A stretch of DNA of 63,696 nt, the filler included, from Squatina squatina (lineage: Eukaryota): the NCBI GenBank assembly GCA_031763465.1. It is 4 parts of 4 records of this genome, joined end to end, with 100 filler letters (N's around TTAATTAATTAA, not from the genome) between each part and the next. Parts side by side here need not be neighbours in the genome. Positions count along the whole stretch, not along the records: positions 1 to 15,161 come from JARFOE010000073.1; positions 15,262 to 38,364 come from JARFOE010000222.1; 2 more parts are not named here. One strand, written 5' to 3'. Of the stretch, positions 12,076 through 24,375 are shown one piece after another. Numbering within the stretch: the stretch's first letter is position 1; every line of letters begins with the position of its first letter. Both the position numbers and the translations under genes were made by a program. The notes under the pieces were generated by a model that was not told where the DNA came from, made no database searches, and saw only the letters and a list, made by a program, of their open reading frames with translations.

Positions 12076-12584
12076 AAGCTAATTGACATTGATTACGGTT
12101 GGGCATTACGGTTGGGCTGTCATTGTTGGCACACATAAACCAACAAACAGTGACTCCCAAGCCTAAGTAATTGTTCACACCTAAATCGGAAAACATGCAA
12201 TTATTGTGACCTTCTGACTTCTGCATGATGTCCAGAATTCCATAAAACCCTTTAGTTCTATCACTATCTAATTACCGTCTTGGCTGCTTCCATCTGCTTT
12301 AGGTTGATTTAACCCTAGGGTAGTTAATTGCTTTAGTGAAGCTTGTTTCTGTATTCCCCTGTTACCTGATAGCCTCTAAATGAGCCCTAACAGCTTACGT
12401 GAGAGCAGCGCCATTAGCATTAATGGAGGGCGCAGCTGATGTGGCATTTAAAAGGTTAATCAGGCTTCCTGACCATGTACTATCGTCAATACTGTGTGGC
12501 GCCTGATTATATTGGTCCGTGGAAGCCCTTTCACAACAACCCACTAACAGACTTTGTGTAAATTGCCAAATCATTAATAATTGA
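12076..12584. promoter_or_regulatory. Candidate conserved non-coding element in a BCAS3 intron
   Basis: No recognisable repeat, non-coding, dense in TAAT/ATTA cores; BCAS3 introns are known to host TBX2-linked CNEs (inference only). Confidence 0.3.
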
Positions 12585-12790
12585 ANNNNNNNNNNNNNNN
12601 NNNNNNNNNNNNNNNNNNNNNNNNNNNNNNNNNNNNNNNNNNNNNNNNNNNNNNNNNNNNNNNNNNNNNNNNNNNNNNNNNNNNNNNNNNNNNGCTGGAG
12701 ACTGCTGTGTTTTCTGTGTCTGTGGGGGAAGTCGATGCTGGTTTTGATTGTTTCCTTTCTTCTTTCTGTCTCTCTCCGAAATTGATATAG

Positions 12791-12967
<177 letters not shown>

Positions 12968-13062
12968 TGAAAAGCCACAAGCCTGATATTTTATGGCATT
13001 CTTGCTCTGACACCATCATTATTTGGGTTTCATCAAACTACTTCCTGTATATATGCAGTGTC

Positions 13063-13376
13063 TATGGTTGCCACCTGTTCCCAACTCCAGAATCAGACAG
13101 AGGGTAAAGTAGGGACGGGAAGAGGGTGGAATTGTAGCTTAAATTCTTATGTGTGCTTTGCTGTTGAAGAAAATTAATTGCAAACCTTAACAACTAATTA
13201 ATGCCTCCACATCATGAGTTAGACGTAAGTGGATAAAATGGTTTAAAAGTTGGACTGTGTCTGATTTTACATTTGTAGGAGAAACTGAAATTTGAATTAG
13301 ACTACACATTTCAGAAATTTCAGAAGAGCCCACTTAAAAATTGGTCTGGTTCAAAACTAACCGGGAGGCAACCCTA
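13063..13376. mobile_element. Complete hAT-like MITE
   Basis: TIRs TATGGTTGCCACCT / GGGAGGCAACCCTA; flanks GCAGTGTC and GCAGCACC look like a decayed 8-bp TSD. Confidence 0.6.
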
Positions 13377-13574
13377 GCAGCACCCACTTTGGGTTTCAAG
13401 ATTGTTACTGATTTGTCTAGCACTACACGTAATACTGTCCAGTTAGAAGCAGCAGATATACCTATAACTCAATGAGCTGCCAATTACTGTGAGCATCCCT
13501 TACATGCAGTAATGGTGCAGGTTTGATTGCAGAGGTTTGCAGGCGTTAAATCAAACTGCATGACTGTTAACTAA

Positions 13575-13690
13575 CAAAAAGCAAAACACTGCAGATGATG
13601 GAAATCTTAAAAGAACAATATAGAAAATGCTGGAAACACACAGCAGATCAGTCAGTATCTGTGAAGAGAACAGACACTGTTTCCAGTGTA
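13575..13690 (-). mobile_element. Penelope-like terminal repeat fragment
   Basis: CAAAACACTGCAGATGATGGAAATC...AGAAAATGCTGGAAACACACAGCAGATCAGTCAGTATCTG, homologous to 2468-2567 and 25497-25570. Confidence 0.55.
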
Positions 13691-15161
13691 GACTCCTCAG
13701 CAGTCTGCTCGATCCAGTGGTTTCAGCCTCCAATTTCCATAATTTCTGGTAGTCTACCCACACTAGCCTGACTTTATTAGTCATTTTATGTCGTACGCGA
13801 TGGGTACTTTCCAGTAAAGTGAGTGCCGAACAAATATTTACATTCAGGAAGTCCGTAATTGTTTATCTGGGTTATCTGAACTCAGGGATGTCATTAACTA
13901 AGCTTCATTTTAGCCAGCATCCACTGCAGTAGCTGAGAATCTATTCCATAGGTTAACCGCTCTTGGCATGAAAACATAATTCCATAAGTTTCAGTTTGCT
14001 TATGGCAAGTCACAAGTAGGCAGGAAAGGCTCACGAGGAGAGTTCCAATCCCAGATTCCAGTTGAATGACTTACAGTGCAATGTGAGTGAAAACATGCCC
14101 ATTCAACTTAGTAAGTGAGTGTGATGAGTGGAGGGGTCTCATGGTACCAATGTGGAAAGGAGAAGTTAGATGTTCTCTCACCATGCCTGTCTTGCCAGGT
14201 CATTAAACGTTTCCTGGCATTAGTCTGCTATCCTAGGGGTGAAAAGGTGGAACTCGGCGGCTTTACCACTTCCCTCCACATAGTTCTGTTAACCATCTAC
14301 AGTCGTAAATAAATACAGATCTCTCATTGCCAGTTTGGCCTGATCTCCAATATTGCTATTCTGTTATGCTAAGCGCACAATGTACCCAGTTTAGAGCGTA
14401 CATGTCATGCCAGCCATACACAAGTCATGCAATACAGTCGTCATAAAATTGCCACCTTTCATCCATTTCGTGCCTGAACACAATCAGGACACTTCTTTTC
14501 AAACATTAGCTTTGACAATCTTGTTCTGGTACCTTCACAAAAACATCAGGACACATTTATTGCAGAATGCCAGCAGTGTCCGATGTGAAGTTACAATTGT
14601 TAATGTGCAGTTCTAAAATGATCTGAACTGTTCACTTCTAACAGCAGACAGGTACAAATACAGCACAATAAATAACAGCTGTGAAGTCAGCCACCTCAAT
14701 GGGAGGGAGGGTAAATGAAGAGGGTGATCTTGTGCAACTTGAAAAGAATATTTTTGTAACACTTAAATGTAATCAAACTGTAATTGTATTGATGTTACTA
14801 CTAATTTTGTGATGACAACTGTTACATTACAAAATAATTTTTTGACTTTGAATTGCTAATATACTATGTCATATCCAACATTTTTAATATAATCTTGATC
14901 AATTGAGGTAGATGTAGCTGTACTGGCAACTTAATAAAACAAATAATTTCGTGACACTACTTTTACATTATTCATCACAAATTTTGGCTTTGCAGTAATT
15001 GGCCACGAAAGGTTGAAATGTTTGTTTCTATTATGGAAATCTTCCTAAATTGTCTTGTTTCCACTATTTAGAGGACTTTGTTACACGATTTTTTTAGGAA
15101 CTGCAACACTTTTTTATCCCAGTTACACATGCCAAAGCGATCATGCCAAATTTTTGGTATT

Positions 15162-15261
15162 NNNNNNNNNNNNNNNNNNNNNNNNNNNNNNNNNNNNNNN
15201 NNNNNTTAATTAATTAANNNNNNNNNNNNNNNNNNNNNNNNNNNNNNNNNNNNNNNNNNNN
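15162..15261. other. Synthetic scaffold-joining linker
   Basis: 44 N + TTAATTAATTAA (15206-15217, stop codons in all six frames) + 44 N. Confidence 0.97.
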
Positions 15262-17513
15262 CCGTTGGCATAGGTGTTCAAAATTTGCCAATGTGTGCCT
15301 CCTTGGCATATACCATCGAACCTCAGGGCTACACACAAAATTTAAATCCATGTCGACATCAATTTGCATAATATCGCAAGTGATTGGTGCTACAAATCTT
15401 GGTGTTCTAATATAGGATTCATCAATGACGCAAGAGCACAAAGAACAGCCCTTCTGAAATCTCCAGCCCCACAAAATTCAAACAGGGTTAACTGGCAAAT
15501 AAGAAATATATATGCAACTGGATTGAGTTGCCTGGGCTTTGATGCCAAGCTGTCAAGGCAGGGGATGACAGTTTGGACATCCTGGTCCTGCAGTGATCAA
15601 CCTGTGCTGATTCACAAATTGGCAGAGGGGCAGATAAGATAACCTTGATGAGATCCACAGATATATTTCAACCAGTGGAAAATGTTTGCATGATGTAAGA
15701 CGTAAAAAAAACCAAAGATTTTGAAAATGATTTTAGAATCTACAAAAGCTTTACTCTGGACAGTGAGAACCATTGCAAAGATATGATCATTGTCTTCAAA
15801 AATATTGCGTACTGAGAAGGTAACTTTTCAACAGTGGAAACATTTTATATCCTTTCCTAAAAAACACTCCGTATTACTGGCTGGTTAGAGGTGGAAGCAA
15901 CAAGGGCCATTTTCTCAGCAGCTGATTCCCACTGAGTATTAATACACAAAGCTTGATACAAACAATTAGATAAATTGGACCTTCAATTCCATCCAAGTGT
16001 AAAAACTTACTGGCTGCAGCTCTTGAATGTTAATTAGAATTTTGCAATTCGAGAGAACTGGTCCGATTCAATTTCTATGATGATGTTCAGTGAGAACTGG
16101 TATTTCTCAAATAAATTCCAGGCAACAAACCAAACAATTTTGTGCTATGGTAGCAGATAATTACATCTACAATTCTTAATATGCATAATATCAGAGGGAA
16201 AAAACTCTGTTCTATCACACTTCTCGTGATTCACACTGAGAGTGGCTGCAGTGAGTGAACCCTTTGAGCTTCCTGCTGCTTGCAATTTGAGTTGGGAACA
16301 GAGTAACTGAGTAANNNNNNNNNNNNNNNNNNNNNNNNNNNNNNNNNNNNNNNNNNNNNNNNNNNNNNNNNNNNNNNNNNNNNNNNNNNNNNNNNNNNNN
16401 NNNNNNNNNNNNNNGTTGTCATGACAACCTAGTCGGCCAAAATAAGAAGCACAAGAGATGGCTGAGAAAGCTTTTGCAGAATTTAAAAAGAAGGAAATGG
16501 AGTAATGTAAAGAGAGGAATGACTTCACTACTTGAGTTTTGTTCCCTTTGAAAGAATCCCACAAGAAACTGAAATTTATGCAAAAGTAGGAAGATAAAGG
16601 TACAACCTAACATTTATGCTGTCTAAGGGCTAGTTTGTTCAGCCCAATTACAAACATTGCCAATGAAGAGCATTAAAAGCTTCCTATTGTATATTCTGCC
16701 TTAACTGGGAAGTTATTCCACTTGGTGTATGCAATAAGAAAGTGTTTCTGTTCTGCACACAGCAGTGTTGCTTGTTTTCAACATAACCGTTAACTGGATC
16801 TTTACAAATACGGACAGAGATTGAAAGGCTTTTTCTCCCGTGGATTCCATCTGTTGTCATGGCATTGAAATCAGTGTTGAAATGTGCTGTGTTCTACCCT
16901 TTGAGCTCTTAATGTTGAGTAGGATCAGTGGAGTGCTGTCTGCTAGTATTATGCAGCCAGACATTCACTCCCAAATCTCCATCTGGGAGCCATGCTAATG
17001 GAAGTCAGTATACATGCCCATTTCTGTAAATTAAATAAATAACTGGAAAAATCCATTGGTGAGAATGGGCACCTTTTGCTGCTTGACATTGGCACTGACA
17101 AGAAGCTGGAAGTGCTTATGTCTGCAACAGCCCAGTCTTACGCATGTGTTACAGATTTGGGTCTGCCATAGATACATTCTCAGACACACTGGTGTTAGTT
17201 GCCCCCCTAAACAATATGGACATTGACTCACACTGTCCTGTATCTACTTGTAGAGTAGCATAATCCAAAGGTGCAACAATAATACCCACTTGTGACCTGA
17301 GACAGGTATTCGTTTTTCACATTTACTTCTTCAATCTCTCTGAAGGTGGGCCGAGCAGACACTTGGTGAGATGAGACCTGATGCTAATCAATAAGCTGCT
17401 TATTTCACAGTACAGTGAACATACAAAACAGTTCTGGTTGGACCCAATTCATTCAATGAGTACAACTTCTCTTTGTGTAATAATGCAACATGCTTCCCCA
17501 CATCAACGAAATG

Positions 17514-17626
17514 AAGAAGAAAGACTTGCATTTTTATAGCACCTTTCATGACCATCGGACATGGCATAACGCTTTACATGTCAAGCCAATGAAGTACTTT
17601 TAGAGTGTAGTCACTGTTGTAATGTG
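17514..17626 (-). mobile_element. DeuSINE (SacSINE1-like) 3' tail
   Basis: AAAGACTTGCATTTTTATAGCACCTTTCATGACC...CCAATGAAGTACTTTTAGAGTGTAGTCACTGTTGTAATG; same tail as 45150-45250. Confidence 0.8.
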
Positions 17627-18319
17627 GGCCATCTTACTTGATTTAAACAAGATGACTCTAACTGTCCTTGATCATTTTTAATCTCGTGGTCTTGTTGAAA
17701 GCCCTAAAAGCTTTCTCTTTAGAAATTTGATGGCCTTTGCAGCCTCTGACTGCCTGTGTTTTTTTGTTTTAAAGCATGCATCTAATAGAATTCAGGAAAG
17801 GCTAGAAATGTGTTAACATGATGCTTCAAAGAGTCTGTCAGGTTGCACAGCGTATATCAGAATTTGAAGTCAATGTACTGCAGGCTGATCGAGGTTGGAA
17901 CTGTGACAGTTATGTTATTCTTCACTGCAGGGAAGCTCTGTCTATCAGTAATGTGCTGTGCACTCACAGCCATCAACAAGACAATGAAAGGTTACATAAC
18001 AATTTAGAAGCAAATTAATTTTATTTAAAGCTGTTATATTCACAGTTTTATTCAGAAAATGTGATTTTAATGCATTGTAAAAAAAAAAATGATTTTCACA
18101 CACACGACCTTAACTCACAAGTTTCTGCAAGAAGGCACTTTTCTTTCTTTTTAAACTCAGTCCTCAGTCCAAGTTAAAGATATAAGGGCGGCTGCTCCAT
18201 TTCACGGTGCCTCGTGGTACTCAAGATGGCGGCTGCTGTAAATTTTTTCAGCATCTCGTGGTGTTCAAGATGGCAGCAGCTGGTGGGCTTTTTGAAATTG
18301 TTTCGTCTTGTCCCCGATT

Positions 18320-18560
18320 CTGGCAGGCTTTTCAGTGATGCGGCAGGCTTTCGACGTGGGCGGGCTTTCGACGATGCAAGCATCTTTTTTAACAGTGAGG
18401 CAGGCTTTACCGATGCGGCGGACTTTCGGCGATGCGGGCGGCTTTAACGATGCGGGCAGGCTTTTGACGATGCGGGTGGCTTTTCCGACGTGGCGAGCTT
18501 CTGACGGTGTGGACAGGCTTCCGATGATGCGGGCGGCCTTCCAACAATGTGGCCGAGCTC
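18320..18560. repeat. Degenerate GC-rich tandem repeat of about 18-20 bp, roughly a dozen units
   Basis: Recurrent GATGCGG(G)CAGGCTTT(T)CGAC variants. Confidence 0.75.
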
Positions 18561-18850
18561 TTACTCATGAATCTTCGGTCCGTGGTGGCTTGGCTCATTG
18601 TTTCCGTTGCAAGCGATTGGCTTCTCGCTGCAGGCTGGCTTGTTGCTGTGGGCTGCTTTCCAGCTCCAACTTCACAATCGATTCGAATCGATTCGTGATC
18701 TGATCCTTGTGGCCAATTTTATGTGTTGGACCTTGTGAGGTTAGGCCGAGTCCTTTTGGTTTGGCGTCGTGGGTTCCTTCTCTGCGTGGTGCGTAGGTTT
18801 CTTGGGTGGAGCTGGAAATGACCGGAGACGACTCAGCAACTTGAAACAAC

Positions 18851-19088
18851 TGTGTGTATTAACTAGCAAACTCTCCAGCACTAGACTAAAGGTGGGTCTA
18901 AGCTGGGTAACTGTACACTTGACTTTACATCAACTGGCCCTGCTCTGAGCTCCAGGCTAGGACTCCAAGTTTAACTGAACTCAGGTGAGAAGAAGAGTCA
19001 CTGGAGAAAGAGAGAGGTGGGCTTACCACAATTGAGCTACCGTAGTTTGTACAAGGCAAACTCAAAACCTCAATCCTAATACATAACA
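18851..19088 (-). mobile_element. 3' LTR of a Gypsy-type retrotransposon
   Basis: TG...CA ends with imperfect inverted termini TGTGTGTATTA / TAATACATAACA; immediately preceded on minus by the polypurine tract AAAGGGGAGGGA (19089-19100). Confidence 0.7.
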
Positions 19089-19687
19089 TCCCTCCCCTTT
19101 ACCTGAGGCATATCTTACACAAAAATATTTTTCGGCTGTACCATTTTACAATTGCTGTCTGTACAACATATTTAAATAGACATTTTTTCAGATGTAGAGC
19201 ATCCCGTAAAGTACACACATTCTTATTTGTACAACACAAACTCTTTTAGTCTGACTGAAGGTGTTCTCACTCTACATGACACTCTCCTGTCTACCTAGGG
19301 CATGCTGACTACTCTCGTTGCTTCTGGTACATTCTGGTTAGCTACTTCTGTACTAACCCTTCCTAGTCTTTCCCTCTGACTTTGGGGTTCATTCTGCGGC
19401 ATTGGAGCTAAACCTGTGGGCGGCGTATGCTGTAAATTTACTTCTTCTTCTTGAGGCTCTACATCGGTGCCTTCCATCACAATGTTAATGCTTTTCCTTA
19501 AGTGGCCTGCATGTAAGACAAAGTGTTTAACCCTTTATAATACTGGGTCCTTACGGGTGTTGTTTCTCTACCATCCTTTAGTCGTACGACATACATGGAT
19601 TCACTTAAGAGTTTGGCAACCTTTCCTTTTAACCATGTTGGCCCGGTGGCAAAGTTCTTGGCAATGACCTAATCTTGAAGGTCGAAC
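19089..19687 (-). mobile_element. Gypsy pol integrase C-terminal relic plus PPT
   Basis: Minus translation FDLQD*VIAKNFATGPTWLKGKVAKLLSESMYVVRLKDGR...HAGHLRK followed by an E/P/Q-rich tail; in-frame stop present. Confidence 0.75.
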
Positions 19688-19787
19688 NNNNNNNNNNNNN
19701 NNNNNNNNNNNNNNNNNNNNNNNNNNNNNNNNNNNNNNNNNNNNNNNNNNNNNNNNNNNNNNNNNNNNNNNNNNNNNNNNNNNNNNN

Positions 19788-20250
19788 TTGGATGATCAGC
19801 CATGATCATATTGAATGGCGGAGCAGGCTCGAAGGGCTGAATGACCTACTCCTGCTCCTATTTTTTATGTTTCTATATTTCTATGCACCCCCAAAAAATA
19901 GGGAGAACATTGTTCTGCACTGGCTCTTTTGAACAGCAATCCACTTAGTCCCATTCCTCCGCTCTTGCCTCAAATCCTTGCAAGTTTTTCTCCTTCAAGT
20001 ATTTATCCAATTCCCTTTTGAAGGCTACTATTGAAGCTATATTCACCAGCCTATCAGGTAGTGCATTCCAAATCCTCATCACTCACTGCGTAAAAAAGGT
20101 TTTCCTCATGTCGCCTCTGGCTCTTTCGCCAATTACCTTAAATTTGTGCCCACTGCAAACAGTTTCTCTTTATTTATTCTAACTAAATCCTTCATGATTT
20201 TAAACACCTCGATCAAATCTGCTCTTAGCGTTCTCTGCTCTAAGGAGAGA
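19788..20250. mobile_element. CR1 tail (+, 19788-19880) abutting a CR1 3' fragment (-, about 19900-20250)
   Basis: GATCAGCCATGATCATATTGAATGGCGGAGCAGGCTCGAAGGG tail; the minus segment is homologous to 5503-5963. Confidence 0.8.
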
Positions 20251-21944
20251 AGTATGAATGAAGAGTTACGAGGTGAGGTTACCAAAGTTAACCCAGGTGT
20301 TTGTGTAACCACAGCTCAGTAACAGCCAGCACTGTCAAGACAGGAGAGTTAAAAAAATAGAAATGAAGTTAATAAAATTAGCTAGATTATGAATATTGCA
20401 CTTTTATTCAAATCCTTTTCAAAAAAGGACCTATTTGTTTGAATCCCAATGATTTGAGGACCTAACATAAATAATAATGGTATTCTCCAATCTAAACATG
20501 GTGGTAGCCTAACTTGGCCATTTAATCTTGCTGCAAGATTTCTGAGTTAGAGGCTTTCATGTTGGATTTACAGCTTGGAGCTGTAATCTGAAGCACTGGA
20601 TTTGAAATGCAACATAAATCCATTTTAAAACAGAAGTTTTGCTGAACTGGAAAAAATAGACTTCTTTCTGTGATCAAATTGTAATTCCCAGCATGCACAG
20701 CACATTTCATTTGAGTATGAGGGACACCATTCTGAGGTACATTAATTCAGTATTAAAGCAATCTTTTTTATTGCACTGCTTTGAAGTCAAATTAATTTAT
20801 AATAAATAGAGGTTAATGGTGATAGGTAGCTTTCGTCTTTCACATATGTAATTGAAGAGTCAACAGCAAAATATTTATACTCTGACCTACAATAAACCTG
20901 TCTGAGTCTAATTAAGCAATGGGAACCCAGCAATAATAACAAGAAATATTCCTGCCAGTATTTTGGGGATTAACTTGCTTCTATTGTGTGTGCATTATGG
21001 TGACTGTCTTTAAAAATAAATGTGCAGCAAACATTTTCGGAGATGGGTTTTTCCATTCATTTAAGGGTTCTCCAGAACTCTGTTCACTTTCATTCTGTTC
21101 TTTCTCTGTTAATGACTTCCTCCACTTATCATCCAACCCCATCAACTCTTACACTGTTTTACTTTACATTCATCAACTTCCTTCACACTACAACCCTTCT
21201 GTTCACAACCTTCAGTTTTCTCTTACTATATCTTGAGCTTTTTTCCTGCCCTTCAATATAGCAATAAAAATCTTCTTTCAACTCTTCAAAGTCAATTTTG
21301 TATCTCTCCCAATTACTATCAGCTTTTTTGCTTTGATTNNNNNNNNNNNNNNNNNNNNNNNNNNNNNNNNNNNNNNNNNNNNNNNNNNNNNNNNNNNNNN
21401 NNNNNNNNNNNNNNNNNNNNNNNNNNNNNNNNNNNNNNAATTGAGAACTGGTGCATATTAGCAGAATGCAATACAGGACAAGCTCCTCTTTCAAAACCCA
21501 ACAACCTGGAAGGTATTGTCTCAGTCATTGTTCCACTCTATTTTGATGTAAACCTCAACTAGTTTTGCAGCGCTATGTTCTTCATTGGATTTTGTTAAGG
21601 ACAGGTTGATTACTCTGGGGCTGTTTGTCATGCATGTTAAAGCCAGCAATGAAGGAGAGAGACTGAGAGCACAAAGAAAGGTCGTGCACAGATGTTTAAA
21701 AGAGATACAGTATTATAATCAGTAGACCTGCTGCTGGACAAGCTGTTTTCGATCAGTGCTACCAATCTCTCAGTGGATCGTTGAACTCAGCCTTATTGAC
21801 TGAGGCTGGTAAGACTCATTGAAAACCAGCCTTTTTGACATAGTCAGCTATGTAGCTACTAATCCCAGTTCTCTATGTTTCTAAGCCAAGCTTGGATCAA
21901 AATGATTGGAGGAGGGGGGCAGTGGAGGAAGAAACAATGGCAGG

Positions 21945-22120
21945 TGGTGAATGAACTCTACTGAACCATGCTCTTTCACCTCTGCCGCTTGGGTTCACTT
22001 CCAGCCCAGACTGGGATGAAAATGTCCTTTCTGATAAATGGTCCTATGTGAGATTAGGTCGAGCAGTTCCTTGTGGATTCGAGGCCAGAGTGGCAATGAC
22101 GCATAATTCAACAGTAGTTG
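21945..22120 (+). mobile_element. LF-SINE-like element, 5' half
   Basis: CTTTCACCTCTG...GGTTCACTTCCAGCCCAG...CCTATGTGAGATT...CAGTTCCTTGTGGA, colinear with recalled LF-SINE CTTTCACCTCTAG...GGTTCAAATCCAGCCCAG...CCTATGTGAAAT...CAGTTCCTAGTGGA. Confidence 0.65.
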
Positions 22121-22696
22121 TTGGGTGTGCTTAATTGTAGATCACGGTCAGACCTAGAGTTCAAATCTTTCTTGTAACCAAGCTAATTTAGTAAATTTTA
22201 CACAAAGCGGGGTTGACCATTTGTGTTCAAAGTCTCTTGAAAGAGTCAAGTGTTGTTTTAACTTAGCCATATGAATAGTGCTGTTGCTGTGCCATTTGTA
22301 TTTTGTAAGGCAATCGGATATTTTCTGTGATGAAATTCAGTAAATCAAANNNNNNNNNNNNNNNNNNNNNNNNNNNNNNNNNNNNNNNNNNNNNNNNNNN
22401 NNNNNNNNNNNNNNNNNNNNNNNNNNNNNNNNNNNNNNNNNNNNNNNNNTGATGCCCCAACAGTAAACCTGTGAATATTCACTGTCAAGGCTCACATCAG
22501 ACCAACAGTCACTTGCAAGGTTCCTCAAGGGTGACTGCCAGCTGTGGAACCTATTCCAACAAGAATTAAATGGGCTCAAGAGAGAAGGTGAGGAAAGGAA
22601 AATTGGCAAAGAATATAGTAGGGGGGAAAAAAAGGAAATGGTTCTTTTGCCATGTATTGCTCCATCTGAACTTATCCATTTCCTTACTATTAATAG

Positions 22697-22844
22697 GTGG
22701 ATCTTGTGGAGGGTATCTTGAAGGTGCCTATGGGTCTGTTATCAGTCAAGGTTATCCATACTCCTATCCAAATAATGCACGGTGCACTTGGTACATAAGA
22801 GTGGACAGAAATCAAACAATAAAGCTGGAATTTACTGACATGAG
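22697..22844 (+). CDS. CUB-domain N-terminal exon (DMBT1/CUZD1-like protein)
   Basis: taatag|GT GGA TCT TGT...ATGAG|gtaggt; encodes GSCGGYLEGAYGSVISQGYPYSYPNNARCTWYIRVDRNQTIKLEFTDM, fitting the CUB consensus CGG..G...S..YP..YPNN..C.W.I. Confidence 0.85.
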
Positions 22845-24375
22845 GTAGGTAAAAACATTTTCACTTTCATATTTTAATGTAAATAATGGCAGGGGTATTT
22901 GCTGTCAATTAACTATTGCTGATAGATTCACTTAAATTACAACACGCTGTGGGGGACCAATAAGTTGATGTTGAGTGTCAAAAGTGCTGTGTTAGGCTCA
23001 CATTTATGGCCCCTACGTGAATACCTTTAAACTGAAGTATACCCCTCAGAGAGACAGCAAGGAGGAATTCTCCATTTTGCCTACGAAAGACAGTAATATA
23101 GAAATCTATTATGTCAGTTTACACTGAAAACCCCCCAGAACTGATGCAGCAGTTGGATATATCTCTGACTGACTGATATGCAGTTGAATAGAGATCAGCA
23201 TGCTTCCTGGCCCCAAATGCCGATTCTAACAACTCAAATCTTCAGTATCAGTCAAGGTTCAAATATCAATCCATGTTGAGCTCTTGTGTTTTGTTTTTCA
23301 TTCAGAGTCAACATTCAGTTAAGAAACGCAGGTCCCTGCCCAGCCAAATGATCTTCAGCTGGTGATGGGCAGGAAGCTTAACAGTTATCTGTTTAATATA
23401 GAATCCTGTAAAGTCAAAACAGTAAAGAGAATCAACATAATGCCTGATTCAGTCTCCAAAACAAATTCTTCCTACTTCATTGAATTCTTTCCAGGGTGAA
23501 TTTGGGAAATGGTTGGGAGCAATGACCAATGTTTTTGGACGTCAAAACAGGGGTGACAATTGGTCTTGGGTTGATTCACCATCACATGTTTAAATAAGCA
23601 TTCATCCTTTCCTTTCCCAGAAATAACAGTCATTTGAGAGATTTTTCAGAAGTCACTTTCTTACTACATAATTTTCCACAAGTCCCTCTCATGTTATGTT
23701 GTGGAGAAATTGCAAACTATTCCAATCTTGCTATTTCTAACATCCTTGCACTGGTTAGATAACATTCAAGGCCACGGAAATCTGTGACCCTTCCAGTGTA
23801 TTCCTGCAATAACTTCAATGGAAATTCATTAGAAAGGACAAAATTAAGATCAGGACTCGCTACATCCTCAGAGGAACCCAGTATTGGAGAGACCTGACAT
23901 ACCTCGCTGAGCCAGTGCAAGTGGGGCCCAACTGGGGCAGAGCCTGGGATTGTGGCCTGAACCCTTGAAGGAAAAATTTTATTTTAAGGCATTGTTTCAA
24001 ATCAGTCCCTTGGGGAAAATCATTACTTCTTTCTGGGGGTTGGCACCCACCCCCATCGAGAATTCAGTCTGCCCTTCTCGAGTGTTGCTGAGCCTCAATT
24101 CCCCACGGACAGAGGAAATTCATGGAAATATGGGAATAGGTTTGTAAGAAATATCAGAGTAATTTCTCCCAGATAATTTTAATTGTACCTTTTTAATGCA
24201 TTTATTTTGTTTATGGATGCAGAAACTGTTTTTTCTGCTTATCAGCGAGGAATCTCAGGACTGGATCTGCACGGGGAATGCTGATTAAATTTTACCCACA
24301 TCTTATAACGATACAGAAATCCCTCAACCACTGTAAAAGTTACAAACGATCAAAAGTGATGAGGACTGGAACCAA

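Noticed and set aside
18174-18849. Overlapping ORFs as a novel gene
   Set aside because: Open frames arise from the GC-rich tandem repeat; no recognisable domain or splice structure
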